A stretch of DNA of 62,912 nt, filler included, from Octopus bimaculoides (GCF_001194135.2; 8 parts of 5 records of this genome joined end to end with filler, not necessarily neighbours in it), one strand, 5' to 3'. Shown: positions 39,587 to 53,339, counted from the whole stretch's first letter. Translations and numbers: made by a program. Notes: generated by a model from the sequence alone, not told the origin.

Positions 39587-40025
39587 NNNNNNNNNNNNNN
39601 NNNNNNNNNNNNNNNNNNNNNNNNNNNNNNNNNNNNNNNNNNNNNNNNNNNNNNNNNNNNNNNNNNNNNNNNNNNNNNNNNNNNNNNNNNNNNNNNNNNN
39701 NNNNNNNNNNNNNNNNNNNNNNNNNNNNNNNNNNNNNNNNNNNNNNNNNNNNNNNNNNNNNNNNNNNNNNNNNNNNNNNNNNNNNNNNNNNNNNNNNNNN
39801 NNNNNNNNNNNNNNNNNNNNNNNNNNNNNNNNNNNNNNNNNNNNNNNNNNNNNNNNNNNNNNNNNNNNNNNNNNNNNNNNNNNNNNNNNNNNNNNNNNNN
39901 NNNNNNNNNNNNNNNNNNNNNNNNNNNNNNNNNNNNNNNNNNNNNNNNNNNNNNNNNNNNNNNNNNNNNNNNNNNNNNNNNNNNNNNNNNNNNNNNNNNN
40001 NNNNNNNNNNNNNNNNNNNNNNNNN

Positions 40026-40064
<39 letters not shown>

Positions 40065-40411
40065 GCATTGCATGTATGTTCAGATTTGTAAACATACACA
40101 CAGAGACAGACATACATATATCTACATATAAGAATGTTGTATGCATATGCCTGAGTCTATATATTTCTATATGTGTGTGTATGTATTTATGTATGTATGT
40201 ATGTATGTATGTATGTATGTATGTATGCATGCATATACACAAACATATGTAATATAGATATACATATTTGATGTATTTGTATTTGTGTAGAGATTGATTG
40301 AGAGAGGGAAATAAATGCACAAACTGATAGACAGACAGAGAGACAGAGAGAAAAAGAGATAGATAAATAGACAGATAGATAAATAGATACATACATACAT
40401 ACATACATACA

Positions 40412-40442
<31 letters not shown>

Positions 40443-40649
40443 GTATGTTGGCACTCCGTCGCTTACGACGTCGAGGGTTCCAGTTGATCCGATCAACGGA
40501 ACAGCCTGCTCGTGAAATTAACGTGCNNNNNNNNNNNNNNNNNNNNNNNNNNNNNNNNNNNNNNNNNNNNTTAATTAATTAANNNNNNNNNNNNNNNNNN
40601 NNNNNNNNNNNNNNNNNNNNNNNNNNTATATATATATATATATATATAT

Positions 40650-40895
40650 GTTTCTGTATATGTCTGTGTGTCTGTGTTTGTCCCCGTAACATCGCTTGAC
40701 AACCAATGCTGGTGTGTTTATGTCCCCGTAACTTAGCGATTCGGCAAGATGGACCGATAGAACAAGTACTAGGCTTACAAAGAATAAGTCTTGGGGTCGA
40801 TTTGCTCGACTAAAGGCGGTGCTTCAGCATGGTCACAGTCAAGTGACTGAAACAAGTAAAAGAGTAAAAGAGAGAGTAAAAGAGAGAGTAAAGAG
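40650..40895 (+). mobile_element. SINE family B right arm (other partial copies near 8085, 25688, 44365, 48695, 50282)
   Basis: catcgcttgacaacc...gaataagtactaggcttacaaagaataag...gaaacaagtaaaagag. Confidence 0.85.
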
Positions 40896-41524
40896 TATAG
40901 TCATATTAGAAACATGGAAATATTGAGTTCCCAAAGAGACCTGTTTAATTGAAGAACATGTTGTAGTCTGATTGATCGAATTATTGTGAAACTTGTAGTG
41001 ACGGCAAACAGCCTCAGCCTAAACAATTTAATTAGAATCAATTCCATGCATTGATTACTTCCTCAGTTGTTAACTACAATCAAAGTATATGTCTATATGT
41101 TTGTATGTGTAGGAGAGAGAGAGAGTGTGTTTATAGAAAATGTGGGTGTACACATACACACACACATAAACACATACACATATATATAGCTGCACATACA
41201 TACAGACAGACAGACATACACGGAAACACATATACCTGTATCAAATTCGTAATAAGAGAAGGATTGGAAATGATCCATTACATACCACTATAATTGTTTC
41301 ATGACATAACTACCAGCTGTCCGCATGTTCAATCCATATTCTCTTACTATTATTCTTCTATAATCTTTATGGATATCTACGAATTCTCAAATGTATATCC
41401 AGTGAAATGAGAAGTCCCATTATATGATAATATTTACTGACCGATACCAGTATAAGAGCTTTGGAGAGCATATAAGCTTTCTTGCTTTGTTTTACCAAGT
41501 TTATTCAAATAATAATAATAATAA

Positions 41525-41710
41525 TAATAATCCTTTCTACTATAGGGACAAGGCCTGACATTTCGGGGAGGGGGATAGTCAATGAAATCGATACCAGTGA
41601 TGCACTGGTACTTCATTTATCGACCCCGAAAAGATGAGAGGCAAAATCGACGATCAAGATACCGCAAAGCATTTCGTCCAACGTGCTAACGATTCTGCCA
41701 GCTCAACGCC
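41525..41710 (-). mobile_element. SINE family A copy
   Basis: Reverse complement of family A with a (TTA)n tail. Confidence 0.85.
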
Positions 41711-41713
41711 GTC

Positions 41714-41769
<56 letters not shown>

Positions 41770-42002
41770 TCAGGGACCTTTTGGGCAGGATGGGCTACTC
41801 GACCTGAAGAAAATTCTAACTGGGCCCCACCTGCGAGGTCATGCACTGTTTATATTGATATGAGATCACCATGTTGCGCACATACGGTTGTGATGCATGT
41901 GGCTGGTGTACCCTGATGAGACGGGTAGTCATGATGGGTATAAAGGGCTTTGTATATTTATACCCCAGTGACACTTTGATGGCATGCACTGCTTTCTCAC
42001 TC
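41770..42002 (+). mobile_element. 5'-truncated copy of the (TAA)n-embedded element
   Basis: Same 3' end (gcatgcactgct.tctcactc) and (AAT)n on both sides. Confidence 0.75.
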
Positions 42003-42088
42003 AATAATAATAATAATCATAATAATAATAATCATAAATAATGATAATAATATATGTTCATGCATACATATACATGTGTATATATATA

Positions 42089-42141
<53 letters not shown>

Positions 42142-42143
<2 letters not shown>

Positions 42144-42280
42144 AGGCGCGTGGCTTAGTGGTTAGGGTGTCAGCATCATGATCGTAAGATTGTGGTTTCG
42201 ATTCCTGGACCGGGCGACGCGTTGTGTTCTTGAGCAAAACACTTCATTTCACGTTGCTCCAGTCCACTCAGCTGGCAAAA
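42142..42280 (+). mobile_element. Third tRNA-derived SINE head (related copy at 57800-58070)
   Basis: gcgcgtggcttagtggttagggtgtc..ggtttcgattcc..gtgttcttgagcaaaacacttcatttcac. Confidence 0.75.
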
Positions 42281-42291
42281 ANNNNNNNNNN

Positions 42292-42336
<45 letters not shown>

Positions 42337-43439
42337 AATGGGAAGAGATGCAGGCACAGACAGACCGGCAGATAATGTAAAAATAGCAAGTTTGCTTCAA
42401 TTTTCGAAACGAAACCAAACAACTCTCTCCCTCTAAATAATCGATGCAACACACAGTTTCTCCCTCCAGCCGTATCTCCTAGCACAACTCATCGCAACTA
42501 AAACTGCCAAGTAAAAATATTTACTGAACCTCTTACTTTCTCAATTCCTCCAATGTTCCAAAACCTGTTAATAATTCTTGTTTCATATTCATAAACAAAA
42601 AAACAAAAACCTTATCGCTCATGGCACACAAGTGTCAAAATATTATCCATTTCTGTGAAAGCAAATTTGTATTATTATATTCCTCACGGAATCTAGTGTG
42701 CAAAAATATTTGATAGCATCTCCAAGTGATTGAATTATGAAGAGTAGATTTATCAATATATATATATTTTAAATATGTCGATGTGTTTTGTAATGATAAA
42801 TAGATTTACTCCCATAGGATTCCGTCTAAGACAAAATCTGTGAACGACTGAAATATTATCCTTGAAATGTTTATAAAGTATCTAGCTTCGTGTTTTGATG
42901 GTTTAATTTGTGCATTTTGGCATCGGAATTTCCTAAAAGCAGACGTATTTGTCATTCACTCGGCATAATACGCTGTCATCGTAAAAGGGAAGAATACATA
43001 GATTCTATGTTATTCTGAAACTATTTTGGATTGCTGCCTCCTTGTCACCTGGGACATACTTCCTATCGCCACCTTCCCTGGCATATCACCACAAACGTAG
43101 ATTTCAAACAACTGAAAATTCAAAGTAATTGTATTTCACAAATAAAACTAAACCTAATTAAACCATTATTTTGCTGTTTTTACAATATGAAAGCGCACAT
43201 TTACAACACACCAGAAACTATGTTGTTTACGTACTTTTAGTGCGATTGATATACATTGTGAAAGAACATCTGCTTCTCGACATCATGCTGAAATGTACTA
43301 AGAATTAGTCTTAGATCCTCGACATCAATAATTTTCAGTCTATAGGAGCGTTGTAGTTCGCTTGAAGCATTGTAATATCGAAGGAAGTAAACAGAGAAAA
43401 AAAAATAGAAAGCTTCTGACAAGTTTAATAAAACCTTTG

Positions 43440-44330
43440 AATTTCAGGCGCAAAGTCCATCTTCAGAAGAAACGAACAGTCTGAGAAAAGTCCAGAAATT
43501 TTGAATCTGTTTGTTTGATTAGAAGGAAGCTAGGCAACTGCGCTGTTGCCTCGCTCAACAAGATGTGATTTTGGCAAAGCAATGAAGTACATCTTGACTT
43601 TGTTCCACGATGCAGAGTAGCAAACAGAAATATACTGTTGTAGTCAAAATTTCTAATATAAGTTTTTGAACTGTGACCTCTGTTCAATGTCATTTTAAGA
43701 TGAAACCAGTAAAACCACTATTCTTGTTTCCTCATTACTAATATGTAGGAATCACACGGTCTGGTATTTTTAATCAAAATTAAATGTCCTGAAATCTATC
43801 TGACATATCTCTATGCAGTTCACCCATGTGTAAACTATACACTTGAATGTCTTCTTCCGGCATGCACTTTTCATTCTTCAATTCAGTGAGCCTCGGAAAC
43901 TAGAAGAACTAACGGCGGCATACGTCACATTTGAAAAACTGTAAGTTGGACAGAGACGTGAGAATGGTGGATTTTACTTTCATAAGCTTTAACCGCATTT
44001 CCTGGTAGCTGCGAACTAATTTCATTGAATTTGCGGATGTCGTAGCCGCATAAATAATATCATGCTTTATGTTCCTTCATTCATCAAAAAGTTAGAATAA
44101 GAGTCTTGAAAGAATTTGGCAGCTCTTTTAAAAGGAGAAAAGGAACTCTAAGGTAGTTTTCCTTTAAGAGCCATCGAACTTTTCTGTGCAACAACAAACG
44201 TTCAAATCTTTTGAGATTCTCAGTACAGAGCTATTGAAACAGTGGGGAATTGAGAGCATGTACCTTACGTTTATTTAACAGAGGTCAGTGATTTGTTAAA
44301 ACTACCACCACTTAACATTGTTTGCAGTCA
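43440..44330 (-). mobile_element. Decayed hAT transposase (Buster/Charlie, SCAND3/ZBED8-like)
   Basis: QVYSLHMGELHRDMSDRFQDI..LKIPD and SWNKVKMYFIALPKSHLVERGNSAVA.LPSNQTNRF match the hAT dimerisation region. Confidence 0.85.
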
Positions 44331-44811
44331 GATGTTAACCGTTGATTACACAGTTCACAAAATACGGACCAGTGTTGGTGTGTATACGTTTCCGTAACAT
44401 AGAGGTTCACCAAACAGTTACCGATAGAATAAGTACTGGGCTTACGAAGAATAAGTCCTGGGGTGGAATTGCTTGCCTAAAGGCGGTGCATGGCAGCAGT
44501 CAAAATGATTGAAACAAGAAAAAGAACAAAAGAAAACGTTGTGATTTATTTCGGCGGAATCGATTTATTACTTCATTTCGATTACCACTTGCACCAGCTA
44601 GACTTGACTCCACACCTGTCAATAATGCCTTTCATAGTCATAAACAATTGAATTTTCAATTCAGTAGCCAACAAAATTTTCAATCTTCACCCTTTTATAA
44701 ACATAACGATTTATATATCAGGATATCCAAGATAGATTTGTCTATGGAAATATTCATATTTGTCTCACCGACTTACAAAGTTTTCATATATTGCGTATTG
44801 CACCACTACAG

Positions 44812-44877
44812 AGTAGGCTCCTTATAGTTTATATATTCTGTTACCTATTTTCTTTCATTCACGCAATATCAACGAAA
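44812..44877 (+). CDS. Candidate signal-peptide exon, possibly of the S1 protease gene
   Basis: cag acceptor and gtgagc donor, phase 0 to 0. Translation SRLLIVYIFCYLFSFIHAISTK looks like a signal peptide (basic n-region, hydrophobic h-region, IHA cleavage site). No in-frame ATG seen; hydrophobic reads are common by chance in AT-rich DNA. Confidence 0.25.
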
Positions 44878-45234
44878 GTGAGCTGAAAAGGATGTTTAAA
44901 AAATTCAGTATTACATTTAAGTTATTTCAGCGTGTAAATGAGATATACACAACACATATAATTCAAGAAATTATTAATGTGCTGTTTGATTTGTGAAAAT
45001 CTCTAGTTGCCATAGCTACATTAAAGGCTTTGTAGATATTACTACATATGGGTGTTTCGCATGAGATTCAAACAGCAACCGTCCTGTTCTTGCACTTAGG
45101 GAATCTTTTTAAATTTTATTTACAGCAAAATGTTTTAGAATGATAAACAAAAACGGTTATTAGGAAGTAATAGATTATATAGCAATTCTTAATTTAATAT
45201 ACATGTAGAGGTCTATATTAATAGTTACTGTTTA

Positions 45235-45287
<53 letters not shown>

Positions 45288-46081
45288 CGTTTATATATTC
45301 GTTTTGCAAAATCCTTTATGTGAAATCGTGTGCTGAAACCGATATTGTTGTATTTGGGGATGGTCATGTTGCTAGTTTATCCAATAAAAACGCACGCACT
45401 ATATATTTGGTGATAATTTGCTTCAGCTTTATCTTACATTAATCGTATTTCGGCTACAGTTCTTTCGTCACTTCTGTGATTTCATCAGTGGTCCTTTGCT
45501 TTCTTCTTTCATTTTTGTGTGTCTTTCCTTACTAACGATCAGCCATTTTTCTCTTTTGTCAATACAAAATGGCTGATCGATAGTAAGGGACAATTAGAAG
45601 TGTATAGATTAATAAAATGACGACATAGAGGACAGAAGTAAAGGAATAAGGAGATGAAGAAAAAAGAAGCATAAAAGTTCACAGTTCAACTTCCGAATGT
45701 GTAGAAGTAAGTCCGTAAGTTTTTAGGTGTAATCGTGTGTAAACTCATGTAGGTTAAAGTCCTGATAGTGTAAATATCAGACTGCTTGACTGCAGCCAAA
45801 TGGCTGAAACAAGTAAAAGTTACTGATGTGTGTGTGTGAGTGTGTGTGTGTGTGTATGTGTGTGTGTGAGTGTGTGTGTGTGTGTGTGTGAGTGTGTGTG
45901 TGTGTGTGTGCGGTTGTGTGTGCATAGACACCTTTTAACAATGCCTAGGATCGTTGCTCAATGAAGCTAGGTTTGACTGGCAATTATCGGATGCTTCTTC
46001 CCGCTATAATTCTATAATGTTTCGTCTTGCTGATAGTTGGTTGGGATAACTCAACTCTATTGCAAGATTTAGATACAGATA

Positions 46082-46270
46082 AGTCGGTGAGTTTGCAGAA
46101 TCCCTAACACGCCGGACAAAATGCTTTGCGGCATTTCGTCCATGATTACCTTTTACCTTCTGAAATCGAATTCGGTCGAGCTCGACTCTGCTAATTTGGG
46201 GCCAATAAATAAGTACCTCTTGAAGACTGGGGCCAATAAATAAGTACCTCTTGAAGACTAGGGCCAATGT
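46082..46270 (+). mobile_element. Decayed SINE family A copy with an internal 31-bp tandem duplication
   Basis: Head similarity plus ggggccaataaataagtacctcttgaagact repeated about 2.3 times at 46198-46268. Confidence 0.7.
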
Positions 46271-46701
46271 ATTTGATTGAAACGAAAGTGCTAGCCTTTA
46301 AAACCAATATTTAGCCACGAACCATTTTATTCTGATTCAATCCTAGCGATGTGAACTTTGCTTTTCATCCTTCTGAGATTATAAAAATATAACACTTGTC
46401 AAGTTTGTGGGTAAAATTAACCGACAAACCCAACTCAACAGACACACACATACATATACACAGTTACAATTGTCAATAAGAAAATGTGTAAAATTGTAGC
46501 AAGTTTTAAAATCAATATTAGATAATACTTGTAAAGCTGCAGTGTAAAGGAAATATTCATGCACTTCTTACTATTTATATCTTGCTATCAGGTGGCTTAT
46601 GGTATGTATAATTGAAAATGGTGGAAATATATTTTGAACATGACACCAATGCTAATTCTGTTTGAAATATATGTTAGAACTCAGCATCAGTAAAAAGATC
46701 A

Positions 46702-46754
<53 letters not shown>

Positions 46755-47593
46755 NNNNNNNNNNNNNNNNNNNNNNNNNNNNNNNNNNNNNNNNNNNNTT
46801 AATTAATTAANNNNNNNNNNNNNNNNNNNNNNNNNNNNNNNNNNNNNNNNNNNNTATATATGTATATATATATATACACATATATATATAGATATAGATA
46901 GAGAGAGAGAGAGGGAGAGAGAGAGAAAGGGGGAGAGATATATAGAGAGAAAAGGCGAAGGAGAGATGCTGATATATACAGATAGATAAGTAGACATTTG
47001 TATTGCTTATGTGTATGTGTATATTCTATTGTACGTGCATGTGCTTCCGAAGTTACATACGTGCACGCATACATGCATACACACTTACAAACATACATAC
47101 ATACATGCATACATACATACATACATACATGCATACATAATACACACATACATACATACCTAGAAAGATACGTACATAGTACTAAATGCATACATATCAG
47201 TGTATAACCAGTTTGAGCGTTTATTTGTTAAGATACTGAAGTGTTTCTATTATCATTGATTTAAAATCATTGATTTTATTCTCTCTTAAACGTTGATGCA
47301 CACGGGATACTTAAAATGTTATTGAAGATCACATTTAATGTTGATAGTCATACCATTGTGTTCGTTCTAACTTTTACGACCGATAGTTTAGAATTTAACA
47401 AAAAAAAAAAAATTCTAAACCCTGCCATGGTTTACATCAGCATTATAGATTTCGCGGTTGAATAATCAACGAGATAGCTTCTGCTTAAATGACTTGAATT
47501 ACTAATGAAAATAGAAATTTATCCATCGAATAGTTGAATAGTTGAATAGTTATATATTTGTTTGTGAGTAAGAAGTTACTTAAATGTATAGGC

Positions 47594-47626
<33 letters not shown>

Positions 47627-48218
47627 NNNNNNNNNNNNNNNNNNNNNNNNNNNNNNNNNNNNNNNNNNNNNNNNNNNNNNNNNNNNNNNNNNNNNNNNNN
47701 NNNNNNNNNNNNNNNNNNNNNNNNNNNNNNNNNNNNNNNNNNNNNNNNNNNNNNNNNNNNNNNNNNNNNNNNNNNNNNNNNNNNNNNNNNNNNNNNNNNN
47801 NNNNNNNNNNNNNNNNNNNNNNNNNNNNNNNNNNNNNNNNNNNNNNNNNNNNNNNNNNNNNNNNNNNNNNNNNNNNNNNNNNNNNNNNNNNNNNNNNNNN
47901 NNNNNNNNNNNNNNNNNNNNNNNNNNNNNNNNNNNNNNNNNNNNNNNNNNNNNNNNNNNNNNNNNNNNNNNNNNNNNNNNNNNNNNNNNNNNNNNNNNNN
48001 NNNNNNNNNNNNNNNNNNNNNNNNNNNNNNNNNNNNNNNNNNNNNNNNNNNNNNNNNNNNNNNNNNNNNNNNNNNNNNNNNNNNNNNNNNNNNNNNNNNN
48101 NNNNNNNNNNNNNNNNNNNNNTATATATATAAATGTATACATAGGCATATAGATATATACATTTACACACATATAAATATATACGTGTCTATGAATGTGT
48201 TTGGTGTATGTGTATGTG

Positions 48219-48257
<39 letters not shown>

Positions 48258-49127
48258 AAGTGTGTGTGCTTGTGCGTGTACGTGTGTGCTTGTGCGTGTA
48301 CGTGTGTGTATGTGCGTGTGTATAATTTGTCATTACGTTCTCAACTAGAATCAAAATTCAGAATACTCAATAAAGTAAACAAAGAACTAAACCTATGTTC
48401 ATTGCGGTTATATTTGACCATTGTTCCACTCATTGAAACTTTTAAGGGGAAGAATCAACCATCAGTTAACGTAACAACGAAGTAAGTTTTGTTAATCATT
48501 ATATACACACATAATGTGATAATTAAAGTAAACTTCTCCTTCTTTCGGGAATTTAACTTACACATTTCGAATATTAACTTTTTAAGAGATTTAACATTTA
48601 TTTTGTTATTGTTTAAAACTTCTCTTTTTATCATCTGTGACTCTCGAATCAGCGACTGGTTTGTTGCAGCTTTGCTGTGACACCGCCTTGTAGTGTAAGT
48701 CGAGAAAATTGAGGCCGAAACGTATTTCTGAGTCTGGTACTTACTGTGTCTATCTTTTTTGACAAACCACTAAGTTATTGAGACGTAAACGAACCGGCAT
48801 AGGGTGTCAAGCAGTAGTGCAGGACACATTACAAAAAGATAGATACACAAACACACGCACAAACGCATCGAGGGATAGATAGATAAATAGATACATACAT
48901 ACATACATACATACGTACATACATACATAGGTGGATAGATGGATAGACAGTTAGATAGACAAACTGACTGACAGGTAGACAGACACGTAGACAGACAGTT
49001 AGATAGATAGATAGATAAATAGATAGATAGAGAGAGAGAGAGAGAGAGGGGTGGAAGTCAGACAGGCAGACAGGCAGACAGAAGGATAAATACACAGATA
49101 TACACACACAGACACATGTATAGATAA

Positions 49128-49175
<48 letters not shown>

Positions 49176-49284
49176 GTCTTCCGCAGTTTCTGTGTACCAA
49201 ATTCCTAAACCTAAGTCCTAACATCATTTTCAAAATAGTCAGGTTCCAGCAAACATGTGAGATTTAGAATTCATCGTGTAAGTC

Positions 49285-50017
49285 GTTTTCTGTCAGCGAT
49301 TCGAGGACTTTCTGCGATTCGTTCTACATCTAGACAACGCTGTTAAAAGGCCACCTTTGATCTGCCTTTCCATATTGGGGAAGAGATGGAAGACCGCAGG
49401 TGCTAAATCTAGTGAATAGGGTGGGTGCAGATGCGAAACCATGTTGCTTTTGGCGAGAAGACCCACAAGTGTGGAGAGCTCGTTGACAGGGAGCATTGAA
49501 GTCGTGAAGAGTTCAATTCTTCGCGCTCTACAGATCCCGTTGCCTTTGCCGAATGTTCTCCGTTCGACGCACCAAAATGTCGCAGAGAATCTCACGATTA
49601 ACACGCTGACCCTGGAGGAGAAATTTGTCGATACCCAATACCACATTTCCGGGGATATATCTCGTGGCAGGCCTTCCAGATCGCTCATCGTCTTCCAGGG
49701 ACGTTCTTCCGCTTTTGAGGAGCCCGTGCCACTCAAAACATTGCCTACAACCCATTCTCAATGTCCTTGTAGCAGACTTCCCAAAATTTAACGCAGAATT
49801 TCACGTTGGCTCTTTGTTCTTGTCCATAACAAAATCGCTGACTACAACATACACGTGATCACGAAAACACAAATTCCACAACTTGCGAAGTAATCACAGC
49901 GATGTCTCACGGCACACTGCCTCATGAAGGTCACTACTAGTTCTCACACCGCATGCAACTGCTTGCTGCCATCTGTTGACGCGCTGTTTCATTCGGGAAC
50001 TGTTCAATTCCACCTCG
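49285..50017 (-). mobile_element. Internally deleted mariner transposon
   Basis: Minus-strand motifs NVKFCVK, SGRTSLEDDERSGRPAT and HPPYSLDLAPAVFHLFP. The 5' end cgaggtggaattgaacagttcccg is preceded by TA. Confidence 0.88.
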
Positions 50018-50653
50018 TATATATATNNNNNNNNNNNNNNNNNNNNNNNNNNNNNNNNNNNNNNNNNNNNTTAATTAATTAANNNNNNNNNNNNNNNNNN
50101 NNNNNNNNNNNNNNNNNNNNNNNNNNGGTTTATTGTCAACAGGTCATGTGAGCATGACATCACCGTTTTGTTTTAGGTAGTGACAAGTGAAGATGTATAA
50201 TGCCAACATTTCCACACACATACACACACATGCACATGCATGTACACACATGCATGCACGCACACACACACACACACACATACAACGAGCTTCTTTCTGT
50301 TTCCCTCTGCCAAATCCGCTCACAAGGCTTCAGTCAGCCTAAGGCTATTGTGGAAAACACTTGCCCAAGGTGCCACGCATTGGGACTGAACTCAGAACCA
50401 TGTGGTTAGGAAAAGTCTCATTATAATAGGCTGATTCTGATCACATGCTATTGGTTGCTAGGAGATGGTAGTTGCTACTGATTGAAGATTGACAGTGGCT
50501 GGTCATAGGATTAATGATTAATGACTGATAGACAGTATGTAGAAATAATTACTTTTTATGGTTAGAAATCCCAGCACAGTTCTGGACCAATTATCCAGAA
50601 CACTTGGAATTGGAAGTGTCCCGGATTTCTAGTTTTCTGAAGACAGTCTGAAT

Positions 50654-51469
50654 TAATGGTTCTCAACCATTTTACTATCTGGGTACGATCCAAAAGACCT
50701 GCTGAGGCAAGTGAATTTGGAATTTGAAATTTGAAATCTGAAATCGAAATCAAACCGAATCCGTCGACTGGCATCCATGCCAACCTCTCCTTCATTGGAC
50801 ACTAAACTCTGCTTGCGAAGACCTGTTGGGGCAAGTGAAATCATAATTGAACCATACTCGATGACTGGCACCGCGCCAGTGGAGCACTAACAGCACTGTT
50901 GAGCGTGTTCATTGCCAGAGCAACTGTCTGGCTTCCGTGCTAGTGGCCCATAAATAGCATCATTTGAGTGTAATCGCTACCAGTGTCGCCTTCTAGCACT
51001 TGTGCTGGTGGCATGTTAGAAAATCATTTGAGCAAGGTCATTGCCAGTGCCGCTGGACTAGCTCCAATGCAGGTGGCATGTAAAAGTCACCATTTTGAGC
51101 GTGGCCGTTGCCAGTACCGTGTGACTGGCCCTCACGCCGGTGGCACATAAAAGCACCCACTACACTCTCAGAGTGGTTGGCGATAGGAAGGGCATCCAGC
51201 TGTAGAAACTCTGCCAAATCAGATTGGAGCCTGGTGCAGCCATCTGGTTTCACCAGTCCTCAGTCAAATCGTCCAACCCATGCTAGCATGGAAAGCGGAC
51301 GTTAAACGATGATGATGATGATGATGATCCAAAAACCTGAATTTTTGGGAGGCTCACCAAAAAAAGGAAAAAAAAAAACAGTCAATTAAAGAAAAGTTTA
51401 TTGTATTTATAGAGGGAAGGCTGATTGAGGGCCGCATGCATCCCTGGGGGCCACAGATGAGAATTACTG
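50654..51469. mobile_element. hAT-type MITE interrupted by a retroposon
   Basis: Ends taatggttctcaac and gagaattactg; 8-bp TSD gtctgaat/gtctaaat (7 of 8 match). Confidence 0.75.
50705..51330 (+). mobile_element. Retroposon family D with a (GAT)n tail (3' fragments also at 55912-56080 +, 56120-56255 - and 59000-59050 -)
   Basis: Shared 3' block ggcg.taggaagggcatccagctgtagaaactctgccaaatcag...ccatgctagcatggaaagcggacgtta(aac)gatgatg. Confidence 0.85.
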
Positions 51470-51519
51470 GTCTAAATATATCCTTGGAATATAAAATAAA
51501 CAATGAAAATTAAAGATCT

Positions 51520-51960
51520 TGATTGTATTTAACAGATCTGAATTAATACACTTCTAAAAAGGAGTCTGTTTGATACTTATCAATCGACTTAAAATTCTTA
51601 TAATACATCATAATGTATTTTGTATACAAAATAATGTTTAAAGGATGAAAATTAATAAAGAAGAATAAATATGATTTTAATTAAGGGATACAGGGACAAA
51701 TTGATACATTTCTAAAGCAGGAGTCTGTTTGATATCTATTACTCCACTTAAAATTCTTTAAAATATGTAATGCTGTGCCATGCAGACAATATAGTGTTTA
51801 TTAGATGAAAATTGCACAAAGAGTTAAATAACATGATTCTTTTTAATAGATGCAAGGACAAATTGAGATGTTTCTGAAGCAGGGTCTGTTCGTTACTTAT
51901 AAATCTACTTTAAATTCTTAAAATATATCATGCTTAAAATATATTTACAGTATAATGTGG
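51520..51960. repeat. Degenerate tandem repeat of about 160 bp, about 3 units
   Basis: The anchor g.gtctgtt.g.tac.tat...c.act.taaaattctt recurs at about 51562, 51721 and 51881. Confidence 0.75.
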
Positions 51961-52021
51961 TAATGTTTATAGGAAGAAAATTAAATGGAGAAAAATAAAG
52001 AACATGAAGGAAGACTGCTGA

Positions 52022-52400
52022 GGCGTCGCTGTGTAGAAAGAAACTTGCTTACAAACCACATGGTTCCAAGTTCAGTCCCACTGCATGGCACCTTGGGCAT
52101 GTGTCTTCTGCTATAGCCTCGAGCCAGCCTTGTGAGTGGATTTGGTAGACGGAAACTGAAGAAGCCCGTTTTATATATATATGTATATAGGAGTGGCTGT
52201 GTGGTAAGCAGCTTGCTTACCAACGACATGGTCCCGGGTTCAGTCCCACTGCGTGGTACCTTGGGCAAGTGTCTTCTACTATAGCCTCGGGCCAACCAAA
52301 GCCTTCTGAGTAGATTTGGTAGACAGAAACTGGAAGAAGCCTGTCGTGTATGTATATGTATGTGTGTGCATATGTTTGTGCATCTGTGTTTGTCCTCCCA
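52022..52400 (+). mobile_element. Two tandem SINE family B left arms
   Basis: Two copies of gctgtgtggtaag...cagtcccactgc...ggaaactgaagaagcc. Confidence 0.85.
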
Positions 52401-52664
52401 ATGAAAAAATAATGAACAAAATTATCTTAAACACACCATATGCAAATTAACCACCTTCAAAAGCAGGGTCTTTTAAATCAATACAAGGGCCAGTATATTG
52501 CACGATATTACACAGTATTCAAGGATTTCTGGAAATTCCAGATTTCTAGAAGCTGGACAGGATGTCCGGTGCTGTATACAGAATTATAGAAAAGGTTTAT
52601 GCATTTATTCAAAGGTTTGTGGAAGGTATTAATAGTTAATAACTAGCAATTAGTTCTGTTGTAG

Positions 52665-52704
52665 GAAATCGGAAAACAGTTTAGATCTCTTGTAAAGAGA
52701 AGCA
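52665..52704 (+). CDS. Candidate propeptide micro-exon of the S1 protease
   Basis: Acceptor ttagttctgttgtag, weak donor gtacct. Translation EIGKQFRSLVKRS plus 1 nt; phase 0 to 1 bridges the 44812 candidate and the 58677 exon. Confidence 0.18.
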
Positions 52705-52725
52705 GTACCTATTCTTGTTATTATT

Positions 52726-52761
<36 letters not shown>

Positions 52762-53339
52762 AATCTTGTGTCTATCACTATCCTTGCTGCTGTTGTAGCA
52801 ATAATTCTTGATTTTTGTTGTATTTGTTGTTGTTGCCACTGCTGTTACTCTTCTGACGTTCGCTGTTGTGGTTGCTGCTGCTGTAGATATCGCTTTTAGT
52901 TATTGTTTTTCATGCCATTACTCATATAGTTGTTATATTGTTGCTACTGTTGTTGTGGTGGTAATAATTGTTTTTGCTATTATGGTTGTTGTTGTTACTA
53001 CCATTGTTGTTAGGATGATTTTCATTGCAGTTTCTGTTGTCAATATTGCAGATGCTACCATGTTGTTATTGTTGCTTCTGTTATTGTAGGTGGTGGTGTT
53101 GTTTGGCCTTAAGGTGGCAGCTGTATCATTATAGTGCAGAATGTCTGTGTTTGTAGTTATACTAAATCACAGATAACACGGAGTTAAACAACAACAACAA
53201 CCTCAAATAATGGAATTCTCTACTTACAACCTACTACCTCCTTCCCCAGAAGTAGACCCTACCGAAATATGTGCAAGAAAAGGTCAAATGTACAAGATTT
53301 GAACTCTCGGAATATGATGTAACATCTCAACATGTTAAC

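Noticed and set aside
46198-46268. 31-bp direct repeats as a CRISPR-like array
   Set aside because: No spacers; a simple tandem duplication inside a SINE in a eukaryote.
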